This document shows positions 8,685-17,848 of a stretch of 41,161 nucleotides of DNA, piece by piece. Where the stretch lies: UHGV virus genome UHGV-0045963. One strand, 5' to 3'. Source of the DNA: a virus. A program made the position numbers and the translations under genes. The notes below the pieces were generated by a model, which did not search any database, had not been told where the DNA came from, and saw only the letters and a program-made list of their open reading frames with translations. Numbering within the stretch: position 1 is the stretch's first letter; every line of letters begins with the position of its first letter.

Positions 8685-8842
8685 ATGCGTATAGCACAGT
8701 CATGCCAGAATTATGGTGGGACGTGCAGGGGCACCGAAAGGTGCGCCGGGTCCTTTTAGCCGGTAGTGCAAACCCTGTACGTCTCACCACCAACGAGATT
8801 TGCACCTCAGGTGGTGATTAACCATACTAAAAGGTGATTGCC

Positions 8843-9529
8843 ATGACTGCTAACGTAACCCCATCTGTTTTTCATTTTGAATCAGAAGCAACCATTCGAG
8901 CCATTGTTATTGATGGAAATCCTTGGTTTGTTGCCAAAGACGTTATTAAAGCTCTTCAACTGACAAACCCCACCATGTCAATCAAATCTCTTGATGATGA
9001 TGAAAGGGCTAAATTTAACTTAGGTCGTCAAGGCGAAACCAATATTATCAGCGAGTCAGGCCTCTACACACTGATCCTCCGCTGCCGCGATGCGGTGACA
9101 CCAGGCACTATCCCCTACCGCTTTCGTAAATGGGTTACAGGTGAGGTTCTTCCTCAGATCCGCCGCACCGGAAGTTACATTAAAAACTCGCTCCCGCAGG
9201 AAGAACGCATAAAGATGGTTGCCGACCAGGTAGCCAACGCCACAGCATCAGCAGTGATGCAGGCGATGAAGATAGAGAACAAAACCTACAGTGCCCCACT
9301 GAAGCCCGGCTACCGCAGCCTGATTCACTCGCCGTCTGGTGTTCTCGGCCTGACGGAGAACTCACTGCTGATGAATCTGTTGAACCAGTTACAGGAAGAC
9401 GGGCACGACGTATCGGGCGCGGCGGCGGAGCTGACCACCATGTTCTGCTACATCGTCGGTGTGAGCAAATGCCTGCGTGATATCCAGACTCACGCGGAGT
9501 ACATCAACGACAAAGCAGGATTCTTCTGA
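8843..9529 (+). CDS. antirepressor (Bro-N/Ant-type N-terminal domain plus C-terminal domain shared with 7420..7692)
   Basis: N-terminal Bro-N-like sequence (FHFESEATIRAIVIDGNPWFVAKDV...); RBS AAGGTG 6 nt before ATG 8843; the track start at 8834 is GTG. Confidence 0.75.
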   Translation: MTANVTPSVFHFESEATIRAIVIDGNPWFVAKDVIKALQLTNPTMSIKSLDDDERAKFNLGRQGETNIISESGLYTLILRCRDAVTPGTIPYRFRKWVTGEVLPQIRRTGSYIKNSLPQEERIKMVADQVANATASAVMQAMKIENKTYSAPLKPGYRSLIHSPSGVLGLTENSLLMNLLNQLQEDGHDVSGAAAELTTMFCYIVGVSKCLRDIQTHAEYINDKAGFF

Positions 9530-9600
9530 CGGGCGGCGGCACAGGGATGTGCCTTTAAATAATTCTGTACAGATTGCAGACTGGGGGTGAATAGAGTACT

Positions 9601-9617
9601 ATTACCCCAAAGGTAAA
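9601..9617. promoter_or_regulatory. operator-like palindrome ATTACCCCAAAGGTAAA
   Basis: Same family; 25 nt upstream of the 9643 ATG, near a candidate TTGCAG -35 element. Confidence 0.5.
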
Positions 9618-9642
9618 CCGAGAGTTTACATGAGGGGGAAAC

Positions 9643-9831
9643 ATGGAAATCAACATCATTACATTGCTGAAGGCCATTATTGGCGGAGCGGGCTTAGGCT
9701 TTGCCCTACCAGGCGGATTATCTTTCCTGCTTCCTGCTTTTACTGTTACAGCTGGGATAGCCTATGCATTTGCTGTGGCTGGTGCTGTTGCACTCCCTGC
9801 TATCTATGCCGCAAAGAAGTTAGCCAACTAA
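9643..9831 (+). CDS. small hydrophobic Gly/Ala-rich peptide with double-glycine-leader-like N-terminus
   Basis: 62 aa; MEINIITLLKAIIGG followed by a 47-aa Gly/Ala/Leu-rich hydrophobic region ending KKLAN; RBS GAGGGGG. Confidence 0.5.
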   Translation: MEINIITLLKAIIGGAGLGFALPGGLSFLLPAFTVTAGIAYAFAVAGAVALPAIYAAKKLAN

Positions 9832-9832
9832 A

Positions 9833-10165
9833 ATGCCTGATTTATCTTGGCTTGCGCCCAGAGATGCACAGCAATTGACAAGGTTTTATTTCATACTGTG
9901 CATTGCTTATCTTGCTGTTCATCTGATATGGGATGCCGTTTGCAAAGATACGCCTCCTTTTTCTTTGGATAAGTTGCAATACAAGATGAATGAGGTTTAT
10001 TCATCATCTACTTTTGCAACCAGCGCATTCTTCATTGTTATTCTGTTCGATATGAAGAATCCACTGAGAACTTCAGATGCTTTCATATTCCCATTAATTA
10101 TTGCTGCTCTAACTGGCTTTATGATCTCATTATCAGCAATAGTGCCAAAGAAAGTAAATAACTGA
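9833..10165 (+). CDS. polytopic small membrane protein (candidate immunity or partner protein of 9643..9831)
   Basis: 110 aa, three hydrophobic segments; start 1 nt after the preceding stop; followed by a terminator. Confidence 0.5.
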   Translation: MPDLSWLAPRDAQQLTRFYFILCIAYLAVHLIWDAVCKDTPPFSLDKLQYKMNEVYSSSTFATSAFFIVILFDMKNPLRTSDAFIFPLIIAALTGFMISLSAIVPKKVNN

Positions 10166-10168
10166 ATA

Positions 10169-10190
10169 AGCCCGCGTTGCGGGCTTTTTT
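10169..10190 (+). terminator. intrinsic terminator
   Basis: Stem AGCCCGC / GCGGGCT with loop GTT followed by T6. Confidence 0.7.
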
Positions 10191-10262
10191 ATGGACGAAA
10201 CAAAAGTCAGTGCTACACTCATTGACGCCACATCGAGGTGGCTTATAGATGGAAATGTCACA

Positions 10263-10424
10263 ATGAAAAAAGCATTTGCTGCACTGTTCGTTTTGTTGTC
10301 TCTGGTAGCTTCAACTCAGGCCTTTGCCGGTCGTTGTCAGCACGACAGCGACACTGCTGCTGACGGCTCCCGCTGCGGTGGGCGTTCTGCGGATTCCCGC
10401 CCGGGTGGCGGTGGCATTCGTTAA
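10263..10424 (+). CDS. small secreted Cys-containing peptide (about 53 aa)
   Basis: Signal peptide MKKAFAALFVLLSLVASTQAFA then a Gly/Ser/Asp-rich tail with two Cys; weak RBS; the track start at 10191 directly follows a terminator. Confidence 0.35.
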   Translation: MKKAFAALFVLLSLVASTQAFAGRCQHDSDTAADGSRCGGRSADSRPGGGGIR

Positions 10425-10455
10425 AAACAAGGCCGCGAAAGCGGCCTGTGACATG

Positions 10456-10836
10456 TCACGCAACGCAATTATTACCGCGCCATGTAACATTTTTAATAAT
10501 CTTATCAGCACCAAACTCAACGTAAACAGAGCAACTGAAATGGAGTGTATAACCGCCATCAGTTGTTGCGTATGTGTTTGAATATATAGTATTACCAATT
10601 AGATTAGACGTAGTATTATACGTTGTGGTTTGTGGTACGTTATAACTACCAGAGCTTGAGTAAACATACACTCTGTTTCCATCTGGAGATGTAAGCTCTC
10701 CCTGAGGATACCCCCACTGCTGAACCATTGCGTCTATACTCTGCCCGCGCCACGTAAGCATATTTCTTTCAAACTGTGCAGCTGACTGGCATCCAACGAG
10801 AAGCATAAATCCAAAAATCAAAAATACTTTTCTCAT
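10456..10836 (-). CDS. lipoprotein, candidate superinfection-exclusion or surface moron
   Basis: MRKVFLIFGFMLLVGC lipobox; Thr/Ser/Asn/Tyr-rich mature part; AT-rich context between virion genes and ant. Start could be 10851 or 10872. Confidence 0.6.
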   Translation of the reverse strand: MRKVFLIFGFMLLVGCQSAAQFERNMLTWRGQSIDAMVQQWGYPQGELTSPDGNRVYVYSSSGSYNVPQTTTYNTTSNLIGNTIYSNTYATTDGGYTLHFSCSVYVEFGADKIIKNVTWRGNNCVA

Positions 10837-10921
10837 AATTACCCCTATCATGGAAAAACAGCACCAATCCACAAATTAACTAGTTATTTTATTATTCTTC
10901 CGAACAATACAATTCCGAATA

Positions 10922-11047
10922 CTACAAAGCCGAACCATGCCGCTGCACGCAACAGAGATTCCAATTGAAACCCATTTTTATCAAAATGTATGAATAGCAT
11001 AAAAACGCTGCACATATTAGTACAATAAAAGTTATTTGAACCATCAT
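10922..11047 (-). CDS. very small hydrophobic ORF (41 aa), frame uncertain
   Basis: Strong RBS AAAGGAG 5 nt before ATGATG; hydrophobic product MMVQITFIVLICAAFL...; the ORF-track alternative is 10884..11072 in another frame with no RBS. Confidence 0.25.
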   Translation of the reverse strand: MMVQITFIVLICAAFLCYSYILIKMGFNWNLCCVQRHGSAL

Positions 11048-11055
11048 ATCTCCTT

Positions 11056-13530
11056 TTATTGCGGAGTGACATCCTGTGGTCGCCACCAGTATGTCTGGTT
11101 AAACTCTTTCTTCGAACGTTGCTCCATTTTACGCAAATAGCCTGGTGAAAAATACTCCTGCATCTGGTTAAAGATCATGTGATCGAGAGCCGCCTTCAAG
11201 TACCAGAGATTCGCACCAGGCATCAAACCTTTCCCCAGCTTCACCAGATCACCACCAGTCTGCTCACTCTTCCCTTCCACAGCATTTAACGGTATGCCCT
11301 GAGCAATCTTCACTACGTCATCAACCAGACCAGCTACCGGGCCAAGCATCGACGCCAGCGCGCCGCTTCCGTACCTAGTGTGATCTGACAATAAAAAGTC
11401 ACCGTAAAGGCCAAGACCACCACCTTTCAGTAGAGCACCAAGCCAGAATTTTGCGGCATCTTCTCCTGTCATCTCTCGAGGATTACGACCAGACGCAAGG
11501 TCGTTAAGTTGCTGCGACAAAGCGCCAAGAATGGTCGTACTGGCAATAAACGTCGCAATATATGCCGCACGCCCACCAGCAGACGGCATACCCATAGCGC
11601 GTGACCAGTGACGCATAACAACCGAGATAGGGAACGATTTAAACAGGAAAACACTTCTCGTTAATTCACCTTTCCATGTTCCACGCTGAATACCAGAACC
11701 GGTTATCAGTTGCTCACGTGCTCCCGGTGTAATAACAGCCATATCAACTTCTTCAGTTACGGCACCGAGCAGTTTACGCATTGCCTCAAATTTCACGCGT
11801 TCAGGCTCACCAAGATGTTTAACTGCTGAATCAGGGATACGCATAATGCTTTCCGGTGTCAGCATCGTATTATTACCGTTCCCCCAGTCCTCCTGTTTCG
11901 CCAGCTTCCATACGCTCCAGTCTGTGTCAGTAATCCCTTTGCTTTTCAGGATACGAAAATCAGAGTCATCGAGGCTACGAAGGTCTGGTGTCCGTGACAC
12001 TACTTCTCCCAGGCTTCCCATCATGGTTACGCCATAGGCGCGCTTGTGCGCATCTGACCATGCTGTAAGCCCACTGGCACGCATTACCGCCGTTGCCGCC
12101 CAACGAGACACTGACGGCCCCATATTATCCATCGCCCAGCGGTTAACGCTGCCAAGTAGAGATTCCATCGCCAGACCAGCGCGGCGCGCCCGCGCAAGTT
12201 CTGTACGGTTCGTTGGGTCCATAGCTTCAAGCTGGTTGCGGAATAACTGGTTCATTGGAAGGTTGGTAACCTTCGCAGACAGATACATGGTTCCAAGATC
12301 AGAGAACGATGACAGCAACGCGGATCCGAGTCTGCTGGCAACCAGCCAGTTGCGGATATTGTCAGACCATCGCGCGATGTGCGGATTCGCTACAGGCTGT
12401 GTCTTTCCGGAAATAAAGTTGTACAGATTCTCTGTGTTGTTCGCCAGCCGCTCGACTTTACCGGTTTTACTCGGGTTAGCTGTTGCCGTTTCTGCCTTCA
12501 CCTGATCAAGAAGAGAGCGGAAAACATGATCGGGGTTTGGGCCATATGTTTCCACCAGTGCAATATCTTTACTGATACCTTCCAGGTGACCGACCATGAT
12601 TTCCCATAGAGAGCGATCGCCATAAAGTTGCTGATATTGCAGATAGGAATCTGCATCTTTGAAATGTATCTGTCGTGATGCATTACCACGGTTAGCACGT
12701 GCGCCGGAAATTCGCATTCCGGTATCAGTAAGCTTATTCAGCCCACCAGTAGCGATCGTGTTATAAGCCTCTCCAAGAAATGAAGACAACTCGGCATCGT
12801 TCATCAGTTGTCCATCGGCTCGGATATAATATTTGCGATCCAGCCTACCTATAACATCGCTAACCCACTTATCCTTTGATACTGCCCCAACCTTTTCCAT
12901 AGAATGATGTTGAGGGATCCCCCAGTTTTCGAGATAGCCAATGTCCCCACCAGCATCATTAAACCGGCGGCGCAGCAGCTCTGTAACTTCTCTCCACGCC
13001 TTAGCACCGTTTCTTGCTTTAGCATTGCCAGTAGTTTGCCCCCGCATTTCATATACCAGGTCACGTACGCCCGCTTCATCTTCAAACAGACCAAAAAAGC
13101 GAGGATCAACTGCTTCGAATGCCTCCTGCAATTGACTCAATGCATAATCACGGGTGGCTTTTGTTCTGGATTCAACAGAGAGGAAATTAGATTTACCGTC
13201 TGCATTAAAAGCTATAGTACGGTTAAGAGCGCCAAGTTTCCCATCAGCCCCTTGATAGCTATTGATAAATTTATCCAATCTCTGACGCGCGGCTATAGTG
13301 AGAGCCACACGACGTTTCTTTAATGCCGCTTCTCGCTGTAATTCTTCAGATGCCAATTGTGCTGCTCGATATAGCCGCTCTGATTCGGAAAGTTGTCGCC
13401 ACGACATAGGGTCATCACGAGCAATGGAGCGCATATTTCGATAAATGCGGTCTTCAATGTTCTGTATTTCTCGCGCCGTTAACATGCGCTGCGCCGCCTG
13501 CTGAACCGCTTGTATACATTCCTGTCTCAT
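11056..13530 (-). CDS. large virion internal/ejection protein (podovirus core protein)
   Basis: 824 aa; last large gene of the coupled virion operon before the accessory island; RBS GAGAGG. Confidence 0.65.
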   Translation of the reverse strand: MRQECIQAVQQAAQRMLTAREIQNIEDRIYRNMRSIARDDPMSWRQLSESERLYRAAQLASEELQREAALKKRRVALTIAARQRLDKFINSYQGADGKLGALNRTIAFNADGKSNFLSVESRTKATRDYALSQLQEAFEAVDPRFFGLFEDEAGVRDLVYEMRGQTTGNAKARNGAKAWREVTELLRRRFNDAGGDIGYLENWGIPQHHSMEKVGAVSKDKWVSDVIGRLDRKYYIRADGQLMNDAELSSFLGEAYNTIATGGLNKLTDTGMRISGARANRGNASRQIHFKDADSYLQYQQLYGDRSLWEIMVGHLEGISKDIALVETYGPNPDHVFRSLLDQVKAETATANPSKTGKVERLANNTENLYNFISGKTQPVANPHIARWSDNIRNWLVASRLGSALLSSFSDLGTMYLSAKVTNLPMNQLFRNQLEAMDPTNRTELARARRAGLAMESLLGSVNRWAMDNMGPSVSRWAATAVMRASGLTAWSDAHKRAYGVTMMGSLGEVVSRTPDLRSLDDSDFRILKSKGITDTDWSVWKLAKQEDWGNGNNTMLTPESIMRIPDSAVKHLGEPERVKFEAMRKLLGAVTEEVDMAVITPGAREQLITGSGIQRGTWKGELTRSVFLFKSFPISVVMRHWSRAMGMPSAGGRAAYIATFIASTTILGALSQQLNDLASGRNPREMTGEDAAKFWLGALLKGGGLGLYGDFLLSDHTRYGSGALASMLGPVAGLVDDVVKIAQGIPLNAVEGKSEQTGGDLVKLGKGLMPGANLWYLKAALDHMIFNQMQEYFSPGYLRKMEQRSKKEFNQTYWWRPQDVTPQ

Positions 13531-13535
13531 TTAAT

Positions 13536-15338
13536 TTAACCTCTCAAGAAACACGCCACAGCGACATCAAACAGGCTGGAATCCTGTATTGCCTGCTCAC
13601 TTTCCCTGTTCGCTTCATCCAGTGCTTCACGCGCACTGCGCGATTGTGGATTACCATCATCATCCAGCACGGTGATTATCATGTCAGGTGATTCAAGCAG
13701 CGAGTCTTCAGCTATGCGCAAATCAATATCTCCTGCCTGATCTGACATCATTTTTTGTTCTGCCTGTTGCAATATTTTATCAGGCTCAAAAGGAGCTACT
13801 TCGTCTGGCGTCCTGACCTCTGCTGTTTTATAGAATGAAACAGCCTGAGCATTAAGTTCACTTTCTGCCTGCTGTCTCCGAGCCAGTTCTGCTCGAGCTT
13901 CAAAAAACTGACCGCCAGGCTCATGCGGTGCCAACGCGTTACGAGAAAATTCCAGGCGTTCTTGTGCCTGCCGGATTCGTTGGTCAATATCGCGAAGTCT
14001 GGCCTGTTTATCTGATCGAGCACGAGATAAAGCCTTACCGCTACCGGCTGGATCTTCTGCAAGAATTTGTGCGCGCTGTTCAGTGAGATTTTCAATAATT
14101 CGTTGGCTATTAGCGATTTCAGACTGGTAAACCTGTCTATCGCCACGCGGCAAAAGCTGCGCGGCCTGTTCTTCAAGCAACCGATTTTCTATAGCGCGCG
14201 CCGTTACTCCATCATCTACAGATGACAGAGCCTCATTAACTGCCTGAGACAGCAGACTCTTGCGTCCAGGAATTTCACTGAAAGATGCAGACTCAACAAT
14301 GCTGGCAACGTCTACAGGTCTCCCCTGGCTAACATCAGACATGGCTTTTCGCAGAGCCTGAATGTGCGAATTACGCGAAAGCACGTTGATCGGCACGCCG
14401 GGAGCAATATCAATTTCAGCATGATGAGCGGCATTCGCCGCCAGTGCAGCATCGATATCAACTGGTGAAAAATTTGGTGCGCTTGTAGACTCGCCGCGAG
14501 AGTTAATAAATCTGCCGACACCACCAAACGCCACCCCAAGAACAGCATCAATAGCAATTGCCTGTCGATCCAACACATCATACTGGTTAGCCATTTCGCT
14601 ATAGCCACCATCACGAAGCGTTTTTGCAGTAAGCCCACGCTGTGCCATACCGAACGCAATATTTGTACCTGCGGCATAGGCAATATCTGGCGTTGCACGT
14701 ACTGCTGTTGCTGCGGCGCGTCGCACTGAACTTTCACCCGTCCGCGCAAGCTGAGCCGCCACACCTTCCGCCAGCGCACCACCAGCACGTAACCCGAGGC
14801 TCATAGGGATCAGTGTTCCGGCACCAGCAGTAATACCCTGCACTAATCCCGCTTCCTGCGCCGTCCTGAAATCAACACCCTGTGCTGTAAGCCGTTCAAA
14901 CTCAGAAAAACCCTGTAGAGAAGTTACCGCCGCAGCACCTCCGACCGGACCACCGAGCGTTGTACCGACAACAGCCTGCCCGCCCATATCGAACAACCCA
15001 TAAAGGACCTGCCCGGCGGTTCCGGTTGTCGCGGCATCAGGCGTCAGCCGCTTAACCTGCTGCTCTGCTAGTTTTCTCTGCTCAGCAATGTATGAAACTG
15101 AAGTGTCATTGATCGAGGTGTTTTCGTTAACAAACTGAGCAATCGGGGATACGATTTTATCCATCCCTGCCCATAGCAACTGATCTGGCTTTGCCACCAG
15201 CCCGGAGTACAAACCAGACAATGCCGCTCCTACAGCATTGTCGAAAAAACCAACATCGCTGTTAAAGCCAGCTGGATTTGATGCTGCTTCGTCAAGCTGC
15301 TGATTCTGGTTTACTGGATTAAGGCCAAAGTAACTCAT
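13536..15338 (-). CDS. virion internal/ejection protein
   Basis: 600 aa, Gly/Ala-rich N-terminal half; start overlaps the upstream stop (ATGA). Confidence 0.65.
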   Translation of the reverse strand: MSYFGLNPVNQNQQLDEAASNPAGFNSDVGFFDNAVGAALSGLYSGLVAKPDQLLWAGMDKIVSPIAQFVNENTSINDTSVSYIAEQRKLAEQQVKRLTPDAATTGTAGQVLYGLFDMGGQAVVGTTLGGPVGGAAAVTSLQGFSEFERLTAQGVDFRTAQEAGLVQGITAGAGTLIPMSLGLRAGGALAEGVAAQLARTGESSVRRAAATAVRATPDIAYAAGTNIAFGMAQRGLTAKTLRDGGYSEMANQYDVLDRQAIAIDAVLGVAFGGVGRFINSRGESTSAPNFSPVDIDAALAANAAHHAEIDIAPGVPINVLSRNSHIQALRKAMSDVSQGRPVDVASIVESASFSEIPGRKSLLSQAVNEALSSVDDGVTARAIENRLLEEQAAQLLPRGDRQVYQSEIANSQRIIENLTEQRAQILAEDPAGSGKALSRARSDKQARLRDIDQRIRQAQERLEFSRNALAPHEPGGQFFEARAELARRQQAESELNAQAVSFYKTAEVRTPDEVAPFEPDKILQQAEQKMMSDQAGDIDLRIAEDSLLESPDMIITVLDDDGNPQSRSAREALDEANRESEQAIQDSSLFDVAVACFLRG

Positions 15339-17848
15339 TGCGGAATATCTCCGGAGAATCTCTGACGCTTCTGTGTCAGATTAAGAACAACGGGAGAACC
15401 ATCATCTTTCAGCAGATAACCAGTACCAAGTTTAACCAGGTACTGACTATCGCCGTAACTTTGCAAACCATACTGACCAGGCGGTGTTTTTATCCCGGAG
15501 CCGACAACTTGTTCATTCCAAGCCTGATTAACCTGCTTATCGAATTGCTCTGCAGACATTCCCCACGGCAAAAGGACATTCCCCATTCCGTTATAGTCAT
15601 GCACGCCACCTGTAGCTACGTTAACAGCCTGTTTCCAGACATCATTGTCAATTTCGCCTGATACCACGCCTTTTTTCGCCATCACACCAGCGTAATAATC
15701 CTTTGCGATCTCGTATGCCATTGATGCGCCCTGAGCGTCACCAGCAAATGCATCCTTCACCATGTCAGAAAACTCAAGGCGAAGATCAGCATCTTTAGGC
15801 ATCGGAATACCTTTCGCATCATCAGTACCTTTACGAGCCGCCGCGCCAGCAAGAATTGTCTGCGCAGCGGTTTCAGGAGACACGGAAACATCCGGATTAA
15901 ACCAGTTTTTTTCTGCCAAAATACCACCAGGCTTATCCATCAGTATCCCGGCAACGGCAGCAGATGGAGCGTTGGCACTGATCTGCTGTAGTGCTGACAT
16001 ATACACCTGCCCACCACCAGTGCTCTGCCTGATGGTATCGAGATATGCTGCCTGTTGGGAAACTGGAGCATCACGAAAGAAAACACCGATCTGATTGGCC
16101 TCGTCTTTGGAAAAGAACGTCAGTGGAGTGCCATATGACTTAGCAAGGTCACTGACCTGAGCGGCACGCAAGGCAACGCTCTGTCCAAAGTTATCCTTAT
16201 TGCTCATGTCGATAGGCTTTGCCTGTCCGGAGGCAAGAGAGAACTGCACAGGATCCGACTGCCGCTGCTTTATCACCTGATTTGCAGCCGAAACAACGTT
16301 GTCATAAAGAGCTGCGCGTGCCGCATACCCCTCCCCTGTTTCACCAGTATCCGGGCGTAATTGCTCAACATATGCTGTAATGCTGCTTGTCGGCATGTTG
16401 CGGAAAGAGCCGATATACTGTCCGGCGATCTGCGTATTCTTAAACTCGGTATATCGCAGGTTTCCTTCTCTGACTCCATAAGCTGCAATAAAATCATCCT
16501 CACCAGGTGGGTTAGGAAATTCAACGCCACGCATATACGCAGCCGTCGCATCGCGAACCCGGCTGTCGAGCATCGTTTTATATTCAGCCTGCTGTTGTCT
16601 GGCTAGTGCATCAGTCTGTCGCAACACGCTGGCCTGATCTGATTCACTTAAAGCATCGAACCAGGCTACACCGGTATAACGTTTATTTTTTGTCGGTAGC
16701 TGAGAAAGCCCCAGCGCAGCACTAACACCTGCAGTTAACTGCTGATCACTGTATGGCTGGCTACCGTTTTCATGATGGATAATGGCTGCACAAAGCGCCT
16801 TCAGGGTATCAGGATTTGATGCATCGAGAGGCTCATCAGCAGAAACGCCAAGTTGTTCGCACACTGCTTTGATATACGACATAGTGTCATTTTTATCAGT
16901 AGGCGGTGCCCAGCGATTAATTATCTCGCTGACGGTATCAATACCCTGCCGCTGATACGACATCAGGTTCCGCCCTAATGCACGAATACCGTGTTCAGGG
17001 GTTTCGAATTTGGCAAAGCGACCATCATCACCAGTCTGCCCAACCCACGGATTAGTTTTGCTGTATTCAAGATTGCCGGGGTTATTGTTGCGTATACCGC
17101 GGGTACGATCGGAAGAGCCACTATCTGCTACAGCACGGCGAGATCCAGCAGCAGTATCGCTTAACTCGCCGTTTTGCTGTCTTACCTGAAGATAGTTTGC
17201 TCCAATAGCATTTTGAGCAGTTGCTTTTGCTGTTGCTTCTTTAAACTCGATTTTCTTGGCCTGGATTTGCTCGTCACTCCAGCCATGTGCAATGCCGTAA
17301 TCCTCAATTTGCTGGAAAGTTTGCTTATTAGCCAATACGTATGCGACGTTGTCGCCATACAATGCTGCGGCATTTTTACCATTGTTCAGCAGCGTAGCCT
17401 GAAACTGGCCTTCTTCGTAGGCATTTATTTGCCCTATCTCGTGCCGCCCTGCCTGCGTAGTGAACTGAATGCGCTGCTGCTGCGCCTGCTGCATGAAAGC
17501 ATTACGAGCCTGTTCATCCGGCAGCGACATAGCCAGTTGTTCGACCTGAGCATCAAACTGCTGCGTATACTCCTGACCTTTTCCAATAGCATTTTTCCCT
17601 TTCAGGTTAAGCAATCCTGTTTCAGGATTATTCAGCAGATCACTGCTTATCTGACTGAGGTTAAGAGATGCCTCCTGAGCCAGAGCGATATTGGCACGCT
17701 GTTTTGCCTGACCAAAAACATCAATTGCCTCTGTCCCTGCCCGAACAAAAGCATCACCAATACCTGGCTGAGAAAACGTCTGCAAGCCTGCTGACTGAAC
17801 TCCACGGCTCTGAACCTGACGGCCGGATACTGTTGGTACGACTGGCAT
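15335..17848 (-). CDS. virion internal/ejection protein
   Basis: Start set at the internal ATG with RBS GGAGG, which overlaps the upstream stop by 1 nt (TAATG); the longer track ORF (to 17923) would overlap the upstream gene by 76 nt. Confidence 0.65.
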   Translation of the reverse strand: MPVVPTVSGRQVQSRGVQSAGLQTFSQPGIGDAFVRAGTEAIDVFGQAKQRANIALAQEASLNLSQISSDLLNNPETGLLNLKGKNAIGKGQEYTQQFDAQVEQLAMSLPDEQARNAFMQQAQQQRIQFTTQAGRHEIGQINAYEEGQFQATLLNNGKNAAALYGDNVAYVLANKQTFQQIEDYGIAHGWSDEQIQAKKIEFKEATAKATAQNAIGANYLQVRQQNGELSDTAAGSRRAVADSGSSDRTRGIRNNNPGNLEYSKTNPWVGQTGDDGRFAKFETPEHGIRALGRNLMSYQRQGIDTVSEIINRWAPPTDKNDTMSYIKAVCEQLGVSADEPLDASNPDTLKALCAAIIHHENGSQPYSDQQLTAGVSAALGLSQLPTKNKRYTGVAWFDALSESDQASVLRQTDALARQQQAEYKTMLDSRVRDATAAYMRGVEFPNPPGEDDFIAAYGVREGNLRYTEFKNTQIAGQYIGSFRNMPTSSITAYVEQLRPDTGETGEGYAARAALYDNVVSAANQVIKQRQSDPVQFSLASGQAKPIDMSNKDNFGQSVALRAAQVSDLAKSYGTPLTFFSKDEANQIGVFFRDAPVSQQAAYLDTIRQSTGGGQVYMSALQQISANAPSAAVAGILMDKPGGILAEKNWFNPDVSVSPETAAQTILAGAAARKGTDDAKGIPMPKDADLRLEFSDMVKDAFAGDAQGASMAYEIAKDYYAGVMAKKGVVSGEIDNDVWKQAVNVATGGVHDYNGMGNVLLPWGMSAEQFDKQVNQAWNEQVVGSGIKTPPGQYGLQSYGDSQYLVKLGTGYLLKDDGSPVVLNLTQKRQRFSGDIPQ

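Noticed and set aside
8483-8821. 112-aa plus-strand ORF covering the ant leader
   Set aside because: It runs through the hairpins and the internal terminator and has no RBS; better explained as a structured leader.
9561-9582. Possible second LexA box (CTGTACAGATTGCAGA)
   Set aside because: It lacks the 3-prime ACAG half (ends CAGA) and does not fit CTGT-N8-ACAG.
10191-10262. ORF-track start at 10191 for the small secreted peptide
   Set aside because: That ATG directly follows the terminator T-run and the signal peptide only begins at the internal Met; the 10263 start is preferred.
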